DNA of 39,022 nt, from assembly GCA_964408725.1 (NCBI GenBank), contig CAYPAN010000001.1, forward strand, positions 1 through 39,022, written 5' to 3'. This document shows, one piece after another, positions 32,683-39,022 of this stretch. The notes under the pieces were generated by a model that ran no database searches, was not told the origin of the DNA, and saw only the letters and a list, made by a program, of their open reading frames with translations. This DNA is from an uncultured Candidatus Saccharibacteria bacterium (GTDB lineage: Bacteria > Patescibacteriota > Minisyncoccia > Phycocordibacterales > UBA9973). Positions within the stretch are counted from its first letter, which is position 1, and every line of letters starts with the position of its first letter. The position numbers and the translations under genes were made by a program.

Positions 32683-34380
32683 ATGGCGGACTTTGACGAA
32701 GAAAAACAAAATAAGCAATTGGATGATTTACACAGAGAGGAAGAAGAACAGCTGGTAGCAATGCTGGCGGAATCAAAATACAAGCTTCCTTATATCGACC
32801 TGTCTCGTTTGGGCATAGATAATGAAGCACTTCGAGCAATATCCGAAAAGGATGCCCGTGAACTGAAGGTGGCCCCTTTTAAACTTTTTGGGAAAAATAT
32901 TTTTATAGCGGTACGTTCCCCTTCAGATGACCTTTTGGCAAAACTTAAAGACCAAATAGAGAGAAAGGATTTAATCCCTACTTTTTATATGGTGTCGTTG
33001 GCATCCTTAGAAAAAGTTTGGGGCAGATATAAAGAGTTATCGTTGGCAGAGAGTTCTAAGGTTGGGGGCGTGGACATTTCTGCGGAAGTTTTAAGAGAGG
33101 TGGCAAAAGATATAAAAACAATAAAAGACATAGAAAAATTAATTGCGGATATAAATGAAGGAAATTCGATACACAAAGTTTCACATTTATTGGAAATAAT
33201 ATTAGCCGGAGCGATAGCCATAAAAGCTTCCGATATACATATAGAACCCCAGCAGGAAAAAAGCAGGTTGAGAATTAGATTGGATGGTGTCCTTCACGAT
33301 GTTATATTTTTTGAAAATAATGTTTATCATCTTCTTAACTCGCGAATAAAGCTTCTCTCTGGAATGAAATTAACTTCAACGATAGCGCAGGACGGACGTT
33401 TTAGTATTGTGGAAGAAGCGGAAGAAATAAGCATTCGTTCTTCTATGATTCCCGGGGCATACGGCGAATCAATCGTTATGCGTATTTTGGACCCGAAATC
33501 AATCCAGGTAAAACTTGAAGATTTGGGCATAGAACCTTTTCTATTTTCTATAATAGAAGAGGAAATCGCGAAGCCAAACGGCCTTATATTAGTCACTGGT
33601 CCTACTGGTTCCGGAAAAACGACCACTCTTTACGCATTTTTGAGAAAAATTTATTCTCCGGAAATAAAAATAATAACCATTGAAGACCCGATAGAATATC
33701 ATTTGACAGGCATAACACAGACTCAAACAAATGACGAAAAAGGATACACATTTTTGGAAGGCTTGCGTTCCGGCTTGCGTCAGGACCCAGACGTGGTAAT
33801 GATAGGTGAAATACGAGACGCGGAAACAGCCAAAATCGCCATAGAGGCGGCTCTAACGGGACATATGGTATTTTCTACTTTACACACCAACAATGCGGCC
33901 GGAGTCATTCCGCGTTTGATTGACCTTGATGCCAATCCAAAAATTATGGTTTCGGCTTTATCTCTTTCCATTGCCCAACGTCTAGTGCGCAAGCTTTGTC
34001 CATTTTGTAAAATCGAAAAAGCTCCCGATGAGAAAGAAGCGAAAACTATGAAAATAATAATGGACGGGATAAAAGAAGAAGGTAAAAATCTTTCAAATTA
34101 TAATATAAATCCCGATGCGCCTATTAAATTCTTTTCTCCTGTCGGCTGTGATAAATGCAATGTGACGGGATACAAAGGACGAATAGGTATTTTTGAAGCA
34201 ATTAAAACCGACGAAGCTATAGAAAAAATAATTCCGGAAAATCCAAGCGAGCGTGAAATAAAAAAAATTGCCCGGGCTCAAGGAATCCTTTCTATGCGTC
34301 AAGATGGCATAGTAAAAATATTAAACGGTATTACTTCATTTGAAGAAGTGCAAAGCGTAGTTGACCTGTTGGAGGAATAA
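32683..34380 (+). CDS. pilB: Type IV pilus / type II secretion assembly ATPase (GspE/PilB family)
   Basis: N-terminal GspE_N-like domain, Walker A GPTGSGKTTT, Asp/His boxes (IMIGEIRD, VFSTLHTN) and a tetra-Cys motif (CPFCK...CDKCNVTGYKGR). Confidence 0.9.
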   Translation: MADFDEEKQNKQLDDLHREEEEQLVAMLAESKYKLPYIDLSRLGIDNEALRAISEKDARELKVAPFKLFGKNIFIAVRSPSDDLLAKLKDQIERKDLIPTFYMVSLASLEKVWGRYKELSLAESSKVGGVDISAEVLREVAKDIKTIKDIEKLIADINEGNSIHKVSHLLEIILAGAIAIKASDIHIEPQQEKSRLRIRLDGVLHDVIFFENNVYHLLNSRIKLLSGMKLTSTIAQDGRFSIVEEAEEISIRSSMIPGAYGESIVMRILDPKSIQVKLEDLGIEPFLFSIIEEEIAKPNGLILVTGPTGSGKTTTLYAFLRKIYSPEIKIITIEDPIEYHLTGITQTQTNDEKGYTFLEGLRSGLRQDPDVVMIGEIRDAETAKIAIEAALTGHMVFSTLHTNNAAGVIPRLIDLDANPKIMVSALSLSIAQRLVRKLCPFCKIEKAPDEKEAKTMKIIMDGIKEEGKNLSNYNINPDAPIKFFSPVGCDKCNVTGYKGRIGIFEAIKTDEAIEKIIPENPSEREIKKIARAQGILSMRQDGIVKILNGITSFEEVQSVVDLLEE

Positions 34381-34384
34381 AAAA

Positions 34385-34526
34385 ACACTAATCTCTAAAC
34401 AATCCTTTCAAAACTAAGTTCCGAAAGTAACAAATCATTAAAGGATAGCACCAGCAACTCGTGAGAGCGCCAAAACGTCCTATGCAAACTTGTAGAACCG
34501 GTGGCTGATTGCTTAGAGATTAGTGT
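34385..34526 (+). ncRNA. Unassigned structured element (candidate ncRNA, complex terminator or MITE) closed by a 20-bp stem
   Basis: ACACTAATCTCTAAACAATC (34385-34404) pairs with GATTGCTTAGAGATTAGTGT (34507-34526) at 19/20 positions. The interior contains a GNRA-capped hairpin CTC-GTGA-GAG and further short helices. CTTCTTTTT follows. Confidence 0.4.
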
Positions 34527-34674
34527 CTTCTTTTTAAAAAACAAAAGAGACTTTTAAATCTCTATAAATTAATTATACTATATGGAATATCAGGCAAATG
34601 CTATAATGTGGATAGCACTGTTGATACTCTGTTGATAAATGTACTACTTCTAGAGTATAGCATAATATAAAAAA

Positions 34675-35718
34675 ATGTCAAGCGAAAAAGACAAAGAAAA
34701 AAAGAAAATACCCCTGGAAAAAGTGTCCGGTGTTGGAGATTCTTTCTTAGACCAGACCTTAAGACCCACCCGCTGGGACGAATATATCGGCCAAAAACAC
34801 ATAAAAGACAACGTTAAAATCCTGCTACGGGCCGCCGAAGAGAGAGGGCATATTCCGGAGCATATACTTTTTTACGGCCCTCCGGGCTTGGGAAAAACCA
34901 CCTTGGCGCACCTGATAGCCCACGAGACAGGCAAACAAATAAAGATTACGTCCGGGCCGGCTATTGAAAAAGTGGGCGATTTGGCTTCAATTCTCACAAA
35001 TTTATCTTCAGGCGACATACTTTTCATAGACGAAATTCACAGGCTCAATAAAACAGTGGAAGAGATACTCTACCCTGCTATGGAGTCCGGCGTCTTGGAT
35101 ATAATTATCGGTAAAGGACCTTCCGCCCGCACTATCCAGCTGGACCTACCGCCTTTCACTTTGATTGCCGCCACTACCCGTGTCGCCCTTGTCTCTTCCC
35201 CCTTACGTTCACGCTTCTCCGGCGGAGTCTTCAGATTGGAATTTTATTCAAATGAAGAAATCGGGGAAATTGTAAAAAGGTCCAGTAAATTGCTGAATAC
35301 AAAATTGGATGAAGGGGCCTTAAAAGAAATCGCCAAGAGAAGCCGGTTTACTCCCCGCACCGCAAATTATTTTTTGAAGAGAGTGCGTGACTTCGCCCAA
35401 GTGCACAAAAAAAGTTTAGACCAAAAGACGGTCAAGGAGGCGCTCAATATGCTCGCCATTGATGATATCGGCTTAAATTCTTCCGACAGAAAGTTCTTAG
35501 AGATATTGATAGATAAATTCGGCGGCGGACCGGTTGGGTTAAAAACAATCGGCGCGGCTATGTCCGAAGAAGAAGCCACGGTGGAAGAAGTGATTGAACC
35601 TTATTTAATTCAGCTTGGACTCTTAGAACGCACCTCCCGTGGCCGCGTGGCCACTCCTAAAGCATATAAACATTTAGGTTTTGATCTAAAAGAAGAGAAA
35701 CAAAATAAACTTTTGTAA
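34675..35718 (+). CDS. ruvB: Holliday junction branch migration ATPase RuvB
   Basis: LRPTRWDEYIGQ, Walker A GPPGLGKTT, Walker B LFIDEIHRL, sensor TTRVALVSSPLRSRF and a C-terminal winged helix (EPYLIQLGLLERTSRGR). Confidence 0.95.
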   Translation: MSSEKDKEKKKIPLEKVSGVGDSFLDQTLRPTRWDEYIGQKHIKDNVKILLRAAEERGHIPEHILFYGPPGLGKTTLAHLIAHETGKQIKITSGPAIEKVGDLASILTNLSSGDILFIDEIHRLNKTVEEILYPAMESGVLDIIIGKGPSARTIQLDLPPFTLIAATTRVALVSSPLRSRFSGGVFRLEFYSNEEIGEIVKRSSKLLNTKLDEGALKEIAKRSRFTPRTANYFLKRVRDFAQVHKKSLDQKTVKEALNMLAIDDIGLNSSDRKFLEILIDKFGGGPVGLKTIGAAMSEEEATVEEVIEPYLIQLGLLERTSRGRVATPKAYKHLGFDLKEEKQNKLL

Positions 35719-35724
35719 ATAATT

Positions 35725-36264
35725 ATGTCCGGACACAACAAATGGAGCCAAATAAAACATAAAAAAGATATTACTGATGCTAAGAAAAGCAAGATTTTCT
35801 CTAAATTAGTGCGTTATATTGGTGTAGAGGCAAAACTGGCAAAAGGCGATATAAACGCGCCAGGGCTTCGCGCCGCGATTGAAAAAGCAAGGAAAGTAAA
35901 TATGCCCTCGGAAAATATTGAAAGGGCTATAAAGAAAGCTTCAGAGCCGGGAGCTCAAATGGACGTAATCACTTACGAGGCTTATGGCCCGGGCGGAGTC
36001 GGAATCATTATAGAAACCCTTACAGACAGCCGGAACAGGACGGCGCAAGATATAAAACACATACTTTCAAAAAACGGCTTCGCGCTAGGAGGTATCGGGT
36101 CTGTCTCCTGGTCTTTCACCAAAGAAAAAACGCCGGAAGGAATAATCTGGAAACCAAATATGTTTACCCCTGTTTCGGATACCGATTTGGAATTATTAGA
36201 CAAACTCGTAGACGAATTGGAGGAGAATGACGATGTTCAAGATGTTTTTACTAATGCGGAATAA
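35725..36264 (+). CDS. yebC: YebC/PmpR-family protein, short form
   Basis: MSGHNKWSQIKHKKDITDAKKSKIFSKL start and YEAYGPGGVGIIIETLTDSRNRT core. It is 179 aa against about 245 aa in E. coli YebC (recalled). The middle subdomain appears to be missing. Confidence 0.85.
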   Translation: MSGHNKWSQIKHKKDITDAKKSKIFSKLVRYIGVEAKLAKGDINAPGLRAAIEKARKVNMPSENIERAIKKASEPGAQMDVITYEAYGPGGVGIIIETLTDSRNRTAQDIKHILSKNGFALGGIGSVSWSFTKEKTPEGIIWKPNMFTPVSDTDLELLDKLVDELEENDDVQDVFTNAE

Positions 36265-36269
36265 AAATT

Positions 36270-36749
36270 ATGAGAATTTTAGGAATTGACCCCGGATATG
36301 AGCGATTGGGCGTCGCCATACTTGAAAAAAACAAAAATGAGAAAAAGGAGACAGTCTTGTTCTCGGAGTGTTTTAAAACTTCCGCTAAGTTGGAATTTTC
36401 CGAAAGATTATTTTTAATCGGAAAAGAAATAAAAAATATAATAAAAAAATTCAAGCCAGAAGTTTTGGCCATTGAAACCTTGTTTCTGACCACCAACCAA
36501 AAAACAGTGATGCATGTGGCAGAAGTGCGCGGAGTAATTATTTATGAAGCTTCATCCGCCGGACTCAAAATTTTTGAGGCCTCCCCACCCCAAATAAAAA
36601 TAGCCACAACCGGTTATGGAAAAGCGAATAAGGAGCAAGTGATGAAAATGGTAAAAATATTGGTTGAAATAGACAACCTCAAAAAGTCGGACGACGAGCT
36701 GGATGCTATTGCCACTGCCTTAACCGCCTTTGCCCATATAAGGTTCTAG
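36270..36749 (+). CDS. ruvC: Crossover junction endodeoxyribonuclease RuvC
   Basis: MRILGIDPGYERLGVAI (catalytic Asp), AIETLF (Glu) and DELDAIATAL (Asp). Confidence 0.9.
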   Translation: MRILGIDPGYERLGVAILEKNKNEKKETVLFSECFKTSAKLEFSERLFLIGKEIKNIIKKFKPEVLAIETLFLTTNQKTVMHVAEVRGVIIYEASSAGLKIFEASPPQIKIATTGYGKANKEQVMKMVKILVEIDNLKKSDDELDAIATALTAFAHIRF

Positions 36750-36847
36750 GGTTATCCACATATTCTATTGCCAACCGTTTTAGATTTTGATACAAAGTAA
36801 TAAATTAATAATAGGTCGTTTAATAAACCTAAAAAATTTGCGTATAT

Positions 36848-36985
36848 ATGAGTTACGATGAAGAAGAAAACAGTATACCTATGGATGCTGATATAGAAAA
36901 TGAAGACGAACCGCTGGAACTGCCGGACGAACCGCTGGAAGACGATTCAGATTATATAGAAGACCCTGATGACAGGTATCACTAG
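36848..36985 (+). CDS. Possible 45-aa hyper-acidic miniprotein
   Basis: Hand-translated as MSYDEEENSIPMDADIENEDEPLELPDEPLEDDSDYIEDPDDRYH, with 21 of 45 residues D or E. A strong terminator follows. It is below the ORF-track cutoff. Confidence 0.35.
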   Translation: MSYDEEENSIPMDADIENEDEPLELPDEPLEDDSDYIEDPDDRYH

Positions 36986-36986
36986 A

Positions 36987-37013
36987 AATAATCCCGCCGT
37001 CGGCGGGATTATT
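36987..37013. terminator. Bidirectional intrinsic terminator
   Basis: AATAATCCCGCC-GTC-GGCGGGATTATT followed by TTTATTTTT. It overlaps the tyrS stop codon on the other strand. Confidence 0.8.
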
Positions 37014-38382
37014 TTATTTTTATAAATTTCTTTTTCCCTATTTTAAACTTCATTCCGCTTTTTGGGATAAAATTCACATCCTTTATTTTTTCATTAGTAT
37101 CAAGGTCTGTCACCGCTCCTTCTTCTACCAACCTTCTAAAGTCTCCCTTTGAAGACAAAAGTTTCGCCTGCACCAGGGCATTCATTAAAGTCTCTCCTTC
37201 TTTGACTTTAAGCTCGGTCATCTTTTCCGGAATTTCGCCTTTTTGAAAAGTATTTACAAAACTTTCCTCGGCTTTTTTAGCTTTATCTTTACCATGATAA
37301 ATTTCAACTATTTGTCTAGCCAGATTCATTTTGATATCTTTCGGATTGACTGAGCCCTTTTCAAGTTTCTTTTTTATACTTTCAACCTCATTCATCGGAG
37401 TGAAGGTGCATAGTTCAAAATAGTTCCCAATTGAAGAATCCGGTATGGACATTATTTTGCCGTACATATCATTCGGCTCATCTGTAATGCCGATATAATT
37501 ATCAAGGCTCTTGGACATTTTTTCTTTGCCGTCAGTCCCTTCGAGAAGTTTGAAGGAGAGAACCGCTTGCGGTATTTTTTTATTCATCTCCATAATATCC
37601 CGTCCAACCAGCATATTAAAAAGCTGGTCAGTGCCGCCGACTTCAAGGTCGCACGAACCATATATATTAGCAATCGCGTTTGAATCTATTCCTTGTATCA
37701 CCGGATACATCATTTCATTCATAAAAACAGGCATACCTTCTTTTATCCTGTCCTGAAACATATCTCTTTCTATCAGTCTGTTGAAGGTAATTTTCCTTAA
37801 AATCGAAAGAAGAGTGATTAATGTATAGCTGTTAATATTGCCTTTTTGCATTCTTGTTTTCTCCCAATGGTAAGTTTTGGCCATTAAGTGATTCCCTGGC
37901 AACGGCGGAGTTTTAACCGATTTATCTCCGACATTTATGGTAATAGTCTGATTTTCCGGAGCAATAATATCGTTTATCGAAACAAGCCAATCGGAATTCA
38001 TTGTCCACGAAAAAACTTTCGGGTCTTTCAGCAAGATTTTATCAACCTGGTCCAAATAAGTTTTCATATTCTTTTGTATTTCTTTATATTCAACTTCCGG
38101 ACGAATCTTGCTTTTTCCGGTCGGGTCTCCGATTTGCGCGGTAATATCGCCTATAAGAAATATCACTTTGCATCCCAAATCCTGGAATTGTCTTAATTTA
38201 TGGAGAATCACGGCATGCCCCAAATGAATATCCGGCCGATTCGGGTCAACTCCCAATTTAATCACTATTTTATCCGGATTATTTTCCAGTTTTTTGCGAA
38301 AAACATTGCCGGGGTCAATAAATTCTCCTACCCCCCTAGATAGAATGTCATCTATTTTTTCTTTGTCTGAAATTCCCTTCAT
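37009..38382 (-). CDS. tyrS: Tyrosine--tRNA ligase
   Basis: HIGH-type motif (PDIHLGHAV), KMSKS motif (EKMSKSLDN), GDPTGKS and a C-terminal S4-like domain. It also has an extra segment of about 43 aa after NSDWLVSINDII. Confidence 0.85.
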   Translation of the reverse strand: MKGISDKEKIDDILSRGVGEFIDPGNVFRKKLENNPDKIVIKLGVDPNRPDIHLGHAVILHKLRQFQDLGCKVIFLIGDITAQIGDPTGKSKIRPEVEYKEIQKNMKTYLDQVDKILLKDPKVFSWTMNSDWLVSINDIIAPENQTITINVGDKSVKTPPLPGNHLMAKTYHWEKTRMQKGNINSYTLITLLSILRKITFNRLIERDMFQDRIKEGMPVFMNEMMYPVIQGIDSNAIANIYGSCDLEVGGTDQLFNMLVGRDIMEMNKKIPQAVLSFKLLEGTDGKEKMSKSLDNYIGITDEPNDMYGKIMSIPDSSIGNYFELCTFTPMNEVESIKKKLEKGSVNPKDIKMNLARQIVEIYHGKDKAKKAEESFVNTFQKGEIPEKMTELKVKEGETLMNALVQAKLLSSKGDFRRLVEEGAVTDLDTNEKIKDVNFIPKSGMKFKIGKKKFIKIK

Positions 38383-38422
38383 AAAAAAGCATTATAACAC
38401 ATTTTCTGTTATAATTAATGGG

Positions 38423-39022
38423 ATGAAAAAAGGATGGAAGAGGATAAAAATTTCTAAAAATCTGATAATGCTCGTAGCGGGCGTTTTTATTTTATCGATT
38501 TCTGTATTTGTTATCTGGGCTTCTTCTTTAAAGATTCCGGATTTTCATTCTTTTGAAGGCATAAAGGTTGTAAACTCCACTAAAATATACGACCGCACCG
38601 GGCAAATATTGCTTTATGATATACACCAAGACATAAAAAGGACAGACATACCTTTTGAACAAATGAGCGTAAATATCAAAAACGCGACTGTGGCCATTGA
38701 AGATTCTGAATTCTATACTCACGGCGGAATAAAAATAACTTCAATAATACGGGCTGTATTATCCAACTTATTTAATGGCGCCGGCAAAACTCAAGGCGGG
38801 TCAACTATAACTCAGCAACTGGTAAAAAACACCCTTCTGACACAAAATCAAACCATTACCAGAAAAATAAAAGAGTGGGTATTGGCAATTAAAATAGACG
38901 AGTCAATGCCAAAAGATAAAATCTTGGAAGATTATTTAAATGAAAATCCTTACGGCGGAAATGTTTATGGCATAGAAGAAGCATCCAAAACTTATTTTGA
39001 TAAAGACGCGCAAGATTTAACT
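38423..39022 (+). CDS. Class A penicillin-binding protein (GT51 transglycosylase domain), 3'-truncated by the window edge
   Basis: Hand-translated from ATG 38423 and open to the end of the window (200 codons). Signal anchor LIMLVAGVFILSISVFVIW. GT51 motifs AIEDSEFYTHGGI, GGSTITQQLVKN and RKIKEWVLAIKIDE. It is missing from the ORF track because it has no stop in the window. Confidence 0.85.
   Translation, partial: MKKGWKRIKISKNLIMLVAGVFILSISVFVIWASSLKIPDFHSFEGIKVVNSTKIYDRTGQILLYDIHQDIKRTDIPFEQMSVNIKNATVAIEDSEFYTHGGIKITSIIRAVLSNLFNGAGKTQGGSTITQQLVKNTLLTQNQTITRKIKEWVLAIKIDESMPKDKILEDYLNENPYGGNVYGIEEASKTYFDKDAQDLT

Noticed and set aside
32646-32783. 46-codon N-terminal extension of the polA ORF in the ORF track
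   Set aside because: The extension (MYFDSASIATSCSSSSLCK...) has no Pol I homology and overlaps the divergent pilB start. The canonical 5'-nuclease N-terminus begins at the ATG at 32645.
36752-36760. Perfect DnaA box TTATCCACA after ruvC, plus an 8/9 match in reverse orientation at 34607-34615
   Set aside because: A single perfect 9-mer is close to the chance expectation for this much sequence on two strands. There is no cluster of boxes, no adjacent AT-rich unwinding element and no dnaA or dnaN gene. This is not enough to call an origin.
1-39022. Looked for CRISPR arrays, integrases, transposases, prophage genes, toxin-antitoxin pairs and rRNA
   Set aside because: No regularly spaced direct repeats and no recognisable Cas, integrase, transposase or phage structural motifs appear in any ORF. 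The only repeat families seen are the uvrB/polA hairpin element and the tRNA-Lys partial duplicate.

Overview
AT-rich bacterial chromosomal segment with about 45 genes on both strands. By inference only, it looks like a Patescibacteria/CPR (Parcubacteria-like) genome. The grounds are shortened housekeeping proteins (UvrC without the HhH domain, short YebC and HolA), several DUF5666-type secreted proteins, a lone type IV pilus ATPase and no respiratory chain genes.

Gene content, in order:
- EmrAB-like efflux pair.
- ECF sigma factor followed by an FMN-binding protein, an ApbE flavin transferase and an RnfD-like/FNR-like fusion protein.
- Cell-envelope genes: DedA, a GT4 glycosyltransferase and a cytidylyltransferase.
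- MacAB/YknXYZ-like ABC exporter flanked by DUF5666-like and FN3-like surface proteins.
- rsuA-like pseudouridine synthase, csp, an ABC-2 exporter and rpsT.
- A dense run of DNA replication and repair genes: ruvA, mutM, family-4 UDG, uvrC, uvrA, uvrB, holA-like, polA, ruvB, yebC, ruvC.
- pilB, tyrS and the 5' part of a class A PBP.
- Two tRNAs, Arg-GCG and Lys-UUU, the latter preceded by a decayed partial duplicate.

The most unusual signal is a hairpin-forming repeat of about 100 nt with a 68-nt core that is 93-96% identical between copies. It is inserted three times, always in the same orientation and reading frame, inside essential repair genes (twice in uvrB, once in polA). It adds about 30 residues (LRRSHSILEGQESSGSSEYSSE) at positions that have no counterpart in canonical UvrB. 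The outer stems differ in sequence between copies but stay self-complementary, and in one uvrB copy the stem includes genuine host codons. This resembles the in-frame palindromic elements of Rickettsia but is a different sequence, in a different lineage.

Secondary leads are a minimal Nqr/Rnf-like flavinylation module under an ECF sigma factor, and a 142-nt element closed by a 20-bp stem between pilB and ruvB. No CRISPR array, integrase, transposase or rRNA was seen.
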